A stretch of 64,000 nt of DNA from an uncultured Bacteroidales bacterium (GTDB lineage: Bacteria > Bacteroidota > Bacteroidia > Bacteroidales > Bacteroidaceae): NCBI GenBank assembly GCA_902798425.1, contig CADBWR010000005.1:12579-76578 (forward strand), read 5' to 3'. Position numbers and translations under genes: made by a program. Shown one piece after another: positions 31,277-41,664 of the stretch (the stretch's first letter is position 1; the number at the start of each line of letters is the position of its first letter). The notes below the pieces were generated by a model that was given only the letters and a program-made list of their open reading frames with translations, ran no database searches and had not been told where the DNA came from.

Positions 31277-33538
31277 ATGATTGAAAAAGTATTGTTTTCA
31301 GGATTACTGCTCTTCAGCACCGCGATGGTGCAGGCCGAAGAGGTGAACGACACATCGAAGGTGATAGACCTGGACGAGGTGGTCGTCGTGTCGCAACCCA
31401 AGGACGGACGACTGCTACGCCACCAGCCCATGAGCTCTACCGTGCTGACACAGCGCGAGATGAGAGCACTGGGGGTCAGCGACCTTGCCAAGTTGTCGCA
31501 ATACGTGCCGTCGTTCTCCATGCCACAGTACGGCTCTCGTCTGACGTCATCCATGTATATCCGTGGCATCGGCTCACGCATCAACAACCCGGCAGTGGGC
31601 ATCTATTACGACAACATACCATTGATGTCGAAGGCTGCCTTCAACCACCACTTCTACCACATTGACCGTGTCGATGTGCTGCGTGGTCCGCAAGGCACAC
31701 TATACGGTATGAATACCGAGGGCGGACTGGTACACATCTACTCCAAGAACCCGATGGTGTATCAGGGAACAGATATCTTCATGGGTATTGGCACTGGACT
31801 GACATCGCATGCGGAGATAGCCCATTTCCATCGTCCCACAGAGAAGTTTGCCTTCTCGGCAGCAGCCTTCTGGAACGGTCAGCGCGGCTTCTTCAAGAAC
31901 CAGGCGCTGAACGAGTGGAACGACAAGCTGCAGGAGGCCGGCGGAAAGATGCGTTTCGTCTACCAGCCCACACGACGGCTGACGCTGGACCTGACGGCCG
32001 ACTACCAATGGACCAACCAGAACGCCTTTCCCTACGGCGTGTACGACTATGATGCCAACAGCGTGGAAGACCCGTCAACGACGCTGATGAACGGCTACAA
32101 GCGCCAGATGGTGAATACGGGTCTGAACATCAGCTACAAGGCAGACAACTGGCTGCTCAACTCAACCACATCGTGGCAATATCTGCGCGACCACATGGAG
32201 ATGGATCAGGACTATCTGCCCGCCGACTTCATGCACCTGACACAGATACAGAAGCAGCAGGCACTGACACAAGAACTCATTGTGCGCAGTCATGGAAAGC
32301 GCAAGTGGCACTGGACCTTCGGCGTTTTCGGAGCATACCAGTGGCTGCGTACCGATGCTCCAGTAACCTTCGGACCGTCTATGAACGAGATGACGGCACA
32401 GCGCATCCTGTCGATGATGCCAGCCTATGTGGTGTCGATGTTTAAAGTCTTCGAGATTGCCGACTTCAACGTCACGGAGACTTTCCACACACCGACAGCC
32501 AGTATGGGCGCCTTTCATGAGTCTACCGTGTCACTGACCGACCGGTTGGATGTCACTTTAGGACTGCGCTATGAGTACAGCCAGGTGAAGATAGACTACA
32601 ACACCGCAGGACTGGTGGCACTGCACTACAGCATACCTCCGATAGACTTGACCAACAGGCTGACGGCCGTGCTGGAAAATGACCGGAAGCGTTCCTTCGA
32701 CCAACTGCTGCCCAAGGTGGGAGTGACCTACCGTCTGGACGACAGCGGATCTAATATCTATGCTACCGTGTCCAAGGGCTATCGGGCCGGAGGATATAAC
32801 ATCCAGATGTTCTCGGAAATCTATCAGTCGGAATTCATGAAGAAAGGAAAGACGCTGAGTCAGGGCGATGTCACCATCAACTACACCGAGCAAGACTATG
32901 ATGCTGTTGATGAGACCATCAGCTACAAACCCGAGGAGTCGTGGAACTACGAGGCTGGCGCCCATCTGAACCTGCTGGAGGGAAAGCTGCACGCTGACGT
33001 TGCTGTCTACTATATGAAGATCAAGAACCAGCAACTGTCGGTGATGAGTCCTGAAAACAACTACGGACGCATCATGGTGAATGCAGGCAAGAGTCATACC
33101 ATGGGACTGGAGATGTCGTTGCGCGGACGTGCCTTTGACGACCACCTGGACTGGTTCTGCAACCTGGGTGCTGTCAATGCGATATTCGACGAATACGATG
33201 GCTACGACGGCCAATCAATTCCTTTTGTTCCATCAGCTACCTTCTCGTTGGGGGGCAACTACCTCATCGACCGTTTTCTGGTAGGTGCCGACCTGACAGG
33301 ACAGGGCTATACCCAATGGAACGAGGCCAATACCTTCGGACAGAAAGAGTATGTGCTGTTAGGCGCCTATGTGGGCTATAACTTCGGCAGTTGCCAGGTC
33401 AAACTGTGGGGTCGCAATCTGACAGACACCAAGTATAACACCTTTGCCGTAGAGAGTAAGGCTGCCGGCCAGGCACTGCGCTTTGCACAACGGGGCAATC
33501 CACTCCAAGTAGGTGTTGATATAAGTTTACATCTTTAA
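31277..33538 (+). CDS. TonB-dependent outer-membrane receptor
   Basis: Signal peptide, plug motifs (VVVVSQPK, RGIGSR, IYYDNIP), C-terminal beta-barrel ending in an aromatic-rich strand. Confidence 0.85.
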   Translation: MIEKVLFSGLLLFSTAMVQAEEVNDTSKVIDLDEVVVVSQPKDGRLLRHQPMSSTVLTQREMRALGVSDLAKLSQYVPSFSMPQYGSRLTSSMYIRGIGSRINNPAVGIYYDNIPLMSKAAFNHHFYHIDRVDVLRGPQGTLYGMNTEGGLVHIYSKNPMVYQGTDIFMGIGTGLTSHAEIAHFHRPTEKFAFSAAAFWNGQRGFFKNQALNEWNDKLQEAGGKMRFVYQPTRRLTLDLTADYQWTNQNAFPYGVYDYDANSVEDPSTTLMNGYKRQMVNTGLNISYKADNWLLNSTTSWQYLRDHMEMDQDYLPADFMHLTQIQKQQALTQELIVRSHGKRKWHWTFGVFGAYQWLRTDAPVTFGPSMNEMTAQRILSMMPAYVVSMFKVFEIADFNVTETFHTPTASMGAFHESTVSLTDRLDVTLGLRYEYSQVKIDYNTAGLVALHYSIPPIDLTNRLTAVLENDRKRSFDQLLPKVGVTYRLDDSGSNIYATVSKGYRAGGYNIQMFSEIYQSEFMKKGKTLSQGDVTINYTEQDYDAVDETISYKPEESWNYEAGAHLNLLEGKLHADVAVYYMKIKNQQLSVMSPENNYGRIMVNAGKSHTMGLEMSLRGRAFDDHLDWFCNLGAVNAIFDEYDGYDGQSIPFVPSATFSLGGNYLIDRFLVGADLTGQGYTQWNEANTFGQKEYVLLGAYVGYNFGSCQVKLWGRNLTDTKYNTFAVESKAAGQALRFAQRGNPLQVGVDISLHL

Positions 33539-33633
33539 TTATAATATCATAATTTAGTTAATAACGTTAAAATTAACGGAAATAATTAACTTAAAGACTT
33601 CTTCATGCCTGTAAAAGTTCGTATCTTTGCAGC

Positions 33634-35187
33634 ATGAAGAAGTCTACTATTTGGACCATAGCAATTATTATGGGCGCATCGTTCCTCGCCCTGCTCTTTC
33701 TACAGTTCTCCTATGTAGAGGAGATGGTCAAGATGAAGAAGGAGCAGTTCGACGAGAGTGTGGCTCGCTCGCTCTATCAGGCCTCGCGTAATCTGGAAAT
33801 GAACGAGACCCTGCGCTATTTGGAGAAAGACGTCAACGAGACAGAGCGCAAAGCCTTTACGCAAGACAGCGTGATCGTTGACGGACTGGGTTCTGTGACA
33901 CATAGCCACCAGTTTGCTGTAGCAGCAGATGATGGTACCATCTATAGCTCGTTCCAGGTGAAGGCACTGAAGATTAAGCCAGCCTCCGTGCCCAAGGCTA
34001 TGATTCTGCGTAAGGACAAGAACTCGATAGCTGACGCTACGAAGACTATGCAGGAAATTGTTCGCCAGCGCTATGTCTATCAGAAGGCATTGCTCGACGA
34101 GGTGGTCTATAACATACTCTATACAGCCAGCGACAAGCCCCTGAAGGAACGTGTCAACTTCCGCATGCTTGACAAGGATATCCGCGTAGAGCTGATGAAC
34201 AATGGCATCAACATTCCTTACCATTTCACCGTGTCTACGACAGACGGCCGCGAGGTCTATCGCTGTCCGGACTACGAGGAAGAAGGCAAAGAGTACACCT
34301 ACGAACAGAAGCTCTTCAGCCATGATCCGCAGTCAAAGATGGGTGTTGTGAAGATTCATTTCCCTGAGATGAACTCATACATCTTCTCCAGCGTGCGCTT
34401 TATGATTCCTTCGATTATCTTCACCATTGTACTGCTCATCACGTTCTTGTTTACGATTGTCGTGGTGTTCCGCCAGAAGCGCTATTCGGAAATCAAGAAC
34501 GACTTCATCAACAATATGACGCACGAGCTGAAGACTCCTATCGCCAGTATCTCACTGGCTGCCCAGATGATGAACGACGATAGCGTACCCAAGTCGGGGG
34601 AGGTGATGAAACGCTATTGCGGCGTCATTAAAGACGAGTCTGACCGTCTGCGCTTCCTGGTGGAAAAGGTGCTGCAGATGTCTATGTTCGACAAGAAGAC
34701 CATCACTTTCCAAGAGAAAGAACTGGACCTGAACGATATGGTTGAGACTATTGCAAACTCCTTTAATCTGCGCGTGGAACACACTGGCGGCAAGATATAT
34801 ACGGAGATTGAGGCTGTCGATTCAGCCATATATGTCGATGAGGTGCACTTCAAGAATGCCATCACGAATCTGATGGACAATGCTGTGAAGTATCGCAAGC
34901 CTGACGAGCCCATTGATATCTATATCCATACGTGGAACGACCATGACAAATTGTACCTCTCTATACGCGACACTGGACAGGGCATCAAGAAGGAGAATCT
35001 GAAGAAAGTCTTTGATAAGTTCTACCGCGTACATACGGGTAACAAACACGACGTGAAAGGTTTCGGACTGGGACTGGCATATGTAAAGAAGGTGATAGAC
35101 ATGCACCAGGGTGACATCAAGGCAGAGAGTGAGTGGGGCAAGGGCACCAAGTTTACCATCAGTCTGCCGATACTGAAAGAGGAGTAA
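33634..35187 (+). CDS. sensor histidine kinase (RprX-like)
   Basis: Two TM segments, HisKA (NNMTHELKTPIASI), HATPase_c (DNAVKY, RDTGQGI, GFGLGLAYV). Confidence 0.9.
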   Translation: MKKSTIWTIAIIMGASFLALLFLQFSYVEEMVKMKKEQFDESVARSLYQASRNLEMNETLRYLEKDVNETERKAFTQDSVIVDGLGSVTHSHQFAVAADDGTIYSSFQVKALKIKPASVPKAMILRKDKNSIADATKTMQEIVRQRYVYQKALLDEVVYNILYTASDKPLKERVNFRMLDKDIRVELMNNGINIPYHFTVSTTDGREVYRCPDYEEEGKEYTYEQKLFSHDPQSKMGVVKIHFPEMNSYIFSSVRFMIPSIIFTIVLLITFLFTIVVVFRQKRYSEIKNDFINNMTHELKTPIASISLAAQMMNDDSVPKSGEVMKRYCGVIKDESDRLRFLVEKVLQMSMFDKKTITFQEKELDLNDMVETIANSFNLRVEHTGGKIYTEIEAVDSAIYVDEVHFKNAITNLMDNAVKYRKPDEPIDIYIHTWNDHDKLYLSIRDTGQGIKKENLKKVFDKFYRVHTGNKHDVKGFGLGLAYVKKVIDMHQGDIKAESEWGKGTKFTISLPILKEE

Positions 35188-35248
35188 AACCTCCTCCGCA
35201 TTAAGCATTAAATAAAGCATTATAATAAACCACTAAAATAAATGAATT

Positions 35249-35947
35249 ATGGACGAAAAACTGAAAATTCTTCTTTGTGAAGACGACGAGAACCTGGGAA
35301 TGTTGCTCCGTGAATACTTGGCAGCAAAAGGCTATATGGCCGAGTTGTGTCCTGATGGTGAGGCAGGCCAGAAGGCTTTCCTGAAGACCAAGTTTGATAT
35401 CTGTATTCTTGATGTGATGATGCCTAAGAAGGATGGCTTCACACTGGCTCAAGAGATTCGTCAGGTCAATTCGGAAATCCCCATCATCTTCCTGACTGCC
35501 AAGACGCTGAAGGAAGATATCCTAGAGGGTTTCAAGATTGGCGCAGACGACTATATCACCAAGCCCTTCTCTATGGAGGAACTGGTGTTCCGTGTAGAGG
35601 CTATCCTGCGTCGTGTACGTGGTAAGAAGAACAAGGAGAGCTCGGTATACCGCATTGGCAACTTTCTCTTTGACACCCAGAAGCAGTTGCTTGTCGTGGG
35701 TGACAAGCAGACAAAGCTGACCACCAAGGAGAACGAACTGCTGGCGCTGCTCTGCTCGCACGCCAACGAAATCCTGCAGCGCGACTTCGCCCTGAAGACC
35801 ATTTGGATTGACGATAACTACTTCAATGCCCGTTCCATGGATGTCTATATCACCAAGTTGCGCAAGCATCTGAAAGACGATCCGCAGATTGAGATTATCA
35901 ATATCCACGGCAAGGGTTATAAGTTGATAACCCCAGAAGCTGAATAA
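35249..35947 (+). CDS. OmpR-family response regulator (RprY-like)
   Basis: REC (LLCEDDE, DVMMPKKDGF, KP) plus winged-helix trans_reg_C (LTTKENELLALL, GKGYKL). Confidence 0.92.
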   Translation: MDEKLKILLCEDDENLGMLLREYLAAKGYMAELCPDGEAGQKAFLKTKFDICILDVMMPKKDGFTLAQEIRQVNSEIPIIFLTAKTLKEDILEGFKIGADDYITKPFSMEELVFRVEAILRRVRGKKNKESSVYRIGNFLFDTQKQLLVVGDKQTKLTTKENELLALLCSHANEILQRDFALKTIWIDDNYFNARSMDVYITKLRKHLKDDPQIEIINIHGKGYKLITPEAE

Positions 35948-36030
35948 AGATTTGAAAAAAATCGAGAATTGTGATAGATTCTCGATTTTTTTTTCTACCT
36001 TTGCACTCTCATAGTGCTTTTAAGGTAAAC

Positions 36031-37887
36031 ATGGATCATATAAGAAACTTTTGCATCATTGCACATATCGACCACGGCAAGTCTACGCTGGCCGACCGTC
36101 TGTTGGAGTATACAAAGACCATCCAGGTGACGGAAGGGCAGATGCTGGACGACATGGATCTGGAGCGTGAGCGCGGCATCACGATTAAGAGCCACGCCAT
36201 CCAGATGGAGTATATGTACAAGGGTGCGGGTAAGCGAAACCAGAATCAAGAAGACTTGAATTCTGGTGAGCGTGAGCACGCTCGGACAGAGTCCATAGGC
36301 GAGAAATATATACTGAACTTAATCGACACTCCAGGACACGTTGACTTCTCTTACGAGGTCAGCCGTTCCATAGCCGCCTGCGAGGGCGCTCTGCTGGTGG
36401 TCGACGCCACACAGGGTGTACAGGCACAGACCATCTCCAACCTCTATCTGGCTATCGACAACAACCTGGAGATTATCCCCGTCATCAACAAGATTGACAT
36501 GCCCAGCGCCATGCCCGACGAGGTAGAGGACGAAATCGTAGAACTGATAGGTTGTGACCGTTCAGAGATTCTGCGTGCCTCTGGTAAGACGGGCGAGGGC
36601 GTGGAAGATATCCTCAACGCCGTCGTTGAGCGCATCCCTCATCCCGTAGGCGACGAGAAGGCTCCCCTGCAGGCGCTCATCTTCGACTCCGTGTTCAACT
36701 CGTTCCGCGGCATCATCGCCTATTTCAAGATTACCAACGGTACCATCCGTCAGGGCGACAAGGTGAAGTTCTTCAATACCGGACAGGAGTATGTCGCCGA
36801 CGAGGTAGGCGTGCTCAAGATGGATATGATACCCCGTAAGGAACTGCAGACCGGCGAGGTGGGCTACATCATCAGCGGCATCAAGAATGCCAAGGAGGTA
36901 AAGGTGGGCGACACCATCACTCATGTGGCGACACCTTGCGAAAAGGCCATCGAAGGTTTCCAGGAGGTCAAGCCGATGGTCTTTGCGGGCGTCTATCCTA
37001 TCGACCCCGTAGACTACGAGAACCTGCGTGCCTCATTGGAGAAGCTCCAGCTCAACGACGCCTCACTGACCTTTACCCCCGAGACGTCTATCGCCCTGGG
37101 CTTCGGCTTCCGCTGCGGATTCCTGGGACTGTTGCACATGGAGATTGTGCAGGAGCGTCTGGACCGCGAGTTCGACATGGATGTTATCACCACCGTACCT
37201 AACGTAACCTATATGTGTTACACCAAGCAGGGCGAGGTGAAGGAGGTACACAACCCGTCAGGACTGCCCGACCAGACGATGATAGACCACATCGAGGAGC
37301 CTTATATCAAGGCCAGCATCATTACCGCTGCCGACTATATCGGACCCATCATGACGCTGTGTCTTGACAAGCGTGGCGAACTGATTGATCAGCAGTACGT
37401 CTCGGGCAATCGTGTGGAACTGCGCTTCATGCTGCCACTGGGCGAAATCGTGATAGACTTCTACGACAAGCTGAAGAGCATCTCCAAGGGTTATGCCTCC
37501 TTCGACTACCACATCGATGGCTTCCGTCCTTCGAAGCTCGCCAAGCTCGATATCCTGCTCAATGGCGAACCCGTCGACGCCCTGTCTACGCTGACCCACC
37601 AGGACAATGCGGTGACCTTTGGCCGTCGCATGTGCGAGAAGCTGAAAGAGCTCATTCCGCGCCAGCAGTTTGACATAGCCATCCAGGCAGCTATTGGCGC
37701 GAAGATTATAGCCCGCGAGACCGTCAAGCAGGTGCGTAAGGATGTCACTGCCAAGTGCTATGGTGGTGATGTCAGCCGTAAGCGCAAACTGCTGGAGAAA
37801 CAGAAGCGCGGTAAGAAGCGTATGAAGCAGATTGGCAATGTGGAAGTACCGCAGAAGGCCTTCCTTGCCGTCTTGAAACTGGACTAA
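36031..37887 (+). CDS. lepA: translation elongation factor 4
   Basis: [69 protein letters not shown]. Contains a 24-aa insertion in the G domain (see findings). Confidence 0.95.
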   Translation: MDHIRNFCIIAHIDHGKSTLADRLLEYTKTIQVTEGQMLDDMDLERERGITIKSHAIQMEYMYKGAGKRNQNQEDLNSGEREHARTESIGEKYILNLIDTPGHVDFSYEVSRSIAACEGALLVVDATQGVQAQTISNLYLAIDNNLEIIPVINKIDMPSAMPDEVEDEIVELIGCDRSEILRASGKTGEGVEDILNAVVERIPHPVGDEKAPLQALIFDSVFNSFRGIIAYFKITNGTIRQGDKVKFFNTGQEYVADEVGVLKMDMIPRKELQTGEVGYIISGIKNAKEVKVGDTITHVATPCEKAIEGFQEVKPMVFAGVYPIDPVDYENLRASLEKLQLNDASLTFTPETSIALGFGFRCGFLGLLHMEIVQERLDREFDMDVITTVPNVTYMCYTKQGEVKEVHNPSGLPDQTMIDHIEEPYIKASIITAADYIGPIMTLCLDKRGELIDQQYVSGNRVELRFMLPLGEIVIDFYDKLKSISKGYASFDYHIDGFRPSKLAKLDILLNGEPVDALSTLTHQDNAVTFGRRMCEKLKELIPRQQFDIAIQAAIGAKIIARETVKQVRKDVTAKCYGGDVSRKRKLLEKQKRGKKRMKQIGNVEVPQKAFLAVLKLD

Positions 37888-37927
37888 ATAATTGCCTAAA
37901 ACTTTAATAAACACAAAGAAAACAACG

Positions 37928-38530
37928 ATGACAACAATTGGACTAACAACACGCGATGTGGCCCGAGAATTGGCCAGACGTTACAGCACGATGACTCACG
38001 ATGAGTTGGATGTTCTGGAGAGCATCCTCGTACCTATGCGTTTTCAGAAGGGCGACTTCATTCTGAGAGAGGGTGAGGTGTGCAAAAACATATACTGGGT
38101 TGTCAAAGGTCTGGTGCGCCAGTTCTATATTAAGAACGGCAAAGAGCTTACCGAGTATATGGCGGTAGAAAACACGATTTTTATGAGTATCGAGAGCCTG
38201 TTTAAAGAGAAGCCAAGCCACCAACAGATTCATGCCCTTGAACCTACCATTGTCTTTGCACTTCCTAAAGACAAGCTGGAGCGCGAGGCTGTTCGCAATG
38301 TGAACATCCAGATGCTCTATCGTAAGATTCTGGAGGAGTCGCTCATCCTTTCGCAGATTCGTGCCGACATGCTGCGCTTCGAGTCTGCCCCCGAGCGCTA
38401 TGCCAAACTCGTCAAGCGTGCACCGCAGCTGGTGCTGCGCGCACCGCTGGTGTACATTGCCAGCTATCTGCAGATGACGCCCGAGACGCTGTCGCGCGTG
38501 CGTACCTCTGCATTATTGGAGGACAAGTAG
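37928..38530 (+). CDS. Crp/Fnr-family transcriptional regulator
   Basis: cNMP-binding-like beta-roll (FQKGDFILREGEVCKNIYWVVKGLVRQF) and a C-terminal HTH. Confidence 0.8.
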   Translation: MTTIGLTTRDVARELARRYSTMTHDELDVLESILVPMRFQKGDFILREGEVCKNIYWVVKGLVRQFYIKNGKELTEYMAVENTIFMSIESLFKEKPSHQQIHALEPTIVFALPKDKLEREAVRNVNIQMLYRKILEESLILSQIRADMLRFESAPERYAKLVKRAPQLVLRAPLVYIASYLQMTPETLSRVRTSALLEDK

Positions 38531-38557
38531 GGCGATTGGCGTTTTTCCCGCCAATGC

Positions 38558-39391
38558 CTACAGCACTCCACTGAACGTAAACATATCGGGGAAAGTCTGG
38601 CGCAACGCGTCGGGCTCGTCCTTGAACAGTCCGAATAGGGCGCTTCCTGAGCCAGACATAGCGGCGTAGGTGGCGCCCATCTTGTATAGCTGCTCTTTGA
38701 CGGCGCCAATCTCCGGATGCAGGGCAAAGACGCTCTCTTCGAAGTCGTTGGTCAGCCTGTCGCGCCACGTCTCTACGGGTTGTTTGACGACGTCACGGCA
38801 GTTGAGGGCAGGGTAGTGGGGATGGATGCGCGAGAAGGCTTCCTTGGTGGGTACGGGAATGTCGGGGCGCACCACACCAATGTGCCAGCCGCTCAGATCC
38901 AGGTCGATGGGCTGCAGGCGTTCGCCAATCCCTTCGGCATAGCACGCACTGCTCTCGATGAAGAAGGCGCAGTCGGCCCCCAGTCGGGCAGCATACTGTT
39001 GCATCTGCTCACTGCTCAGCCCCATGTCGAAGGTCTCGTTCAACAGCCGTATCATGTAGCCGCAGTCGCTGCTGCCGCCACCCATTCCCGCCTGTGTGGG
39101 AATGCCCTTCCACAGGTGTGCATGCACGCGCGGCAGCTCCGGATAGTCTGCCTTCAGCAAGTGGTAGGCACGCACCACGAGGTTGCGCTGCTCGTCGCCC
39201 TCAATGGTGATATTCGTCACCTTCAGGTCGCAGTCCACGTCCGAGGGGAAACCGTCACTCATCGGGACAATCTCCAGCGCGTCCATGATAGGCACGGGGT
39301 AGAACACCGTCTGCAGATTATGATAGCCGTCTGCACGCTTCTCTACCACGTTCAGACCCAGATTGATTTTTGCTACGGGGAATGTAATCAT
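38558..39391 (-). CDS. ispE: 4-(cytidine 5'-diphospho)-2-C-methyl-D-erythritol kinase
   Basis: AKINLGLNVVEKRADGYH and GMGGGSSD GHMP-kinase motifs. Confidence 0.9.
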   Translation of the reverse strand: MITFPVAKINLGLNVVEKRADGYHNLQTVFYPVPIMDALEIVPMSDGFPSDVDCDLKVTNITIEGDEQRNLVVRAYHLLKADYPELPRVHAHLWKGIPTQAGMGGGSSDCGYMIRLLNETFDMGLSSEQMQQYAARLGADCAFFIESSACYAEGIGERLQPIDLDLSGWHIGVVRPDIPVPTKEAFSRIHPHYPALNCRDVVKQPVETWRDRLTNDFEESVFALHPEIGAVKEQLYKMGATYAAMSGSGSALFGLFKDEPDALRQTFPDMFTFSGVL

Positions 39392-39810
39392 CGTCTTTTC
39401 AGTTCAATAGTCTTCGGCAACTTCTGCCACTTACCCTTGGAAGGCACCTTGATGGGGTTGCCGTTGCCCTGGCGCAGCACGTAGATAGAGTCGTTCTTGC
39501 GCGTCAGCGTGGCGGTGAGGTCTTCGCTGCCGAAGTCGTTAATCAGCTGCAGGGTGGCCTTCTTCTCACTCTCCACCTTGCACGACGTAATCACCCAGCA
39601 GAACGAGTTGTTCTTCTTGCCCAGATAGCCTGGCAGTTCGCCATAGAGCTCCTGTCCGGGAATCGTCACGTCCTGGTCGTAGAAGTTGATGCGCAGATAG
39701 ACGTCGTACTCATTATTATAGAGGTACGCACGGAATGCCGTGTTGTCTTGCTGGGCGTAACCCTTCCAGACAGCCGTCGAGAGTAGGATGAATAGCAGAA
39801 AGTTCCTCAT
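39388..39810 (-). CDS. secreted hypothetical protein
   Basis: Signal peptide MRNFLLFILLSTAVWKGYAQ. ATGA overlap with ispE. Confidence 0.6.
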   Translation of the reverse strand: MRNFLLFILLSTAVWKGYAQQDNTAFRAYLYNNEYDVYLRINFYDQDVTIPGQELYGELPGYLGKKNNSFCWVITSCKVESEKKATLQLINDFGSEDLTATLTRKNDSIYVLRQGNGNPIKVPSKGKWQKLPKTIELKRR

Positions 39811-39945
39811 GCCGATATCATGTTTTGCGTGGCAAAGTTACTAAATCTAAATCAATAAAATATCGTTTACGTGAAAATATCTCGATAAATGTGGCAAGAT
39901 TTAAATTTTTTTGTATATCTTTGCAGGCGTTATACATGTATCACA

Positions 39946-41637
39946 ATGGGAAATATTAAATTAAAGCCTGATTTCATCTTTGAATCGAGCTGGGAAGTAT
40001 GTAACAAGGTCGGTGGCATCTATACCGTCCTTTCCACTCGTGCAAAGACATTACAGGACGAGATGAAGGATCGAATCATCTTTATTGGTCCTGACTGCTG
40101 GAAGGAAAATGACTGTCCCTATTTCCGTGAAGACAATTCTCTCCTTGCCGAGTGGCAATGGGAGACTAAGGAGCAAGGCCTGAAGGTGAAGGTGGGTCGT
40201 TGGACCATCCCCGGTGAGCCTATTGCTATCCTGGTGGACTTCATTCCTTTCTTTGAGAAGAAAAACGAGATTTATGGCTGGTTGTGGGAAAAGTATCAGG
40301 TCGATTCACTGCATGCCTATGGCGATTACGACGAGGCTTCGATGTTCTCGTATGCTGCTGGCTTGGTGGTGGAGAGCCTGTACAAGTTCAATGTCGGGCG
40401 TGGCACGTTCGACCGCAGTACCAAGGTTATCTATCATGCCAATGAATGGATGTGCGGCCTTGGCGCTCTTTACATCAACAACAAACTGCCAGAGATCGGT
40501 ACTATCTTCACCACCCATGCCACAAGCATCGGGCGTTCTATTGCCGGTAACCAGAAACCGCTCTACGACTACCTCTTCGCTTACAATGGCGACCAGATGG
40601 CGGGCGAGTTGAACATGCAGTCTAAGCACTCTATCGAGAAGCAGACGGCATGGCACGTGGACTGTTTCACGACGGTCAGCGACATCACCGCCAAGGAGTG
40701 TCTGGAACTGTTGGACAAGCCCGTCGACGTGGTGTTGCCCAACGGCTTTGACGACAGTTTTGTACCCAAGGGCGCACAGTTTACCAGGAAGCGCAAGACA
40801 GCACGCAAGCGCCTGCTGGAGGTGGCCAACGCACTGCTGGGCGAGCAACTCGACGACGACACACTCATCATCTCTACCAGTGGACGCTACGAGTTCCGCA
40901 ACAAGGGCATCGACGTCTTCGTCGAGGCCATGAACCGCCTGCTGCGCGACCGCGACCTGAAGAAGAAGGTGCTGGCATTCATTGAGGTGCCCGGTTGGGT
41001 AGGAGAGCCCCGCAAGGATTTGCAGGAGCGCCTGGAAAAATTAAACAAGAAACATGAAAAAGTGGATTTCAGCGAACCGCTGGAGGTTCCTCAGCTGACC
41101 CACTGGCTCCACAACATGAGCCACGACAACGTGCTGAGCATGATGAAGTACTACGACATGCACAACCGCAAGGACGAGAATGTGAAGGTTATCTTCCTGC
41201 CTTGCTATCTCGATGGCAAGGACGGCATTCTCAACATGCACTACTACGATGTCGTGCTGGGCAACGACCTCTGCATCTATCCCTCTTACTACGAGCCGTG
41301 GGGCTATACGCCACTGGAGGCGGTGGCCTTCAAGGTGCCCTGCATCACTACCGACTTGGCTGGTTTCGGACTGTGGGCCAACAAGGTGTTCGGACACTAC
41401 GGCGAACTGAAGGACGGTGTGAAGGTCATCCATCGTACCGACTACAACTACTCGGAAGTCGCCGATGCCATCAAGGATGCCGTTGCCGACTTCTCTGCAA
41501 TGACGCAGAAGCAAGTCGACGACTGTCGCAAGAAGGCTGAAGCACTGTCGAAGAAGGCGCTGTGGAGCCACTTCATCGAGTACTACCACGAAGCTTACGA
41601 CATAGCACTGGCCAAAGCGGAAGCAAGAAAGAAATAA
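39946..41637 (+). CDS. GT3-type (eukaryote-like) glycogen synthase
   Basis: FESSWEVCNKVGGIYTVL N-terminus is typical of GT3 glycogen synthases. Start at MGNIKLK after a TAtcTTTG box. Confidence 0.8.
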   Translation: MGNIKLKPDFIFESSWEVCNKVGGIYTVLSTRAKTLQDEMKDRIIFIGPDCWKENDCPYFREDNSLLAEWQWETKEQGLKVKVGRWTIPGEPIAILVDFIPFFEKKNEIYGWLWEKYQVDSLHAYGDYDEASMFSYAAGLVVESLYKFNVGRGTFDRSTKVIYHANEWMCGLGALYINNKLPEIGTIFTTHATSIGRSIAGNQKPLYDYLFAYNGDQMAGELNMQSKHSIEKQTAWHVDCFTTVSDITAKECLELLDKPVDVVLPNGFDDSFVPKGAQFTRKRKTARKRLLEVANALLGEQLDDDTLIISTSGRYEFRNKGIDVFVEAMNRLLRDRDLKKKVLAFIEVPGWVGEPRKDLQERLEKLNKKHEKVDFSEPLEVPQLTHWLHNMSHDNVLSMMKYYDMHNRKDENVKVIFLPCYLDGKDGILNMHYYDVVLGNDLCIYPSYYEPWGYTPLEAVAFKVPCITTDLAGFGLWANKVFGHYGELKDGVKVIHRTDYNYSEVADAIKDAVADFSAMTQKQVDDCRKKAEALSKKALWSHFIEYYHEAYDIALAKAEARKK

Positions 41638-41664
41638 AAAAAACAATCTAAATAAAGAACTTTT

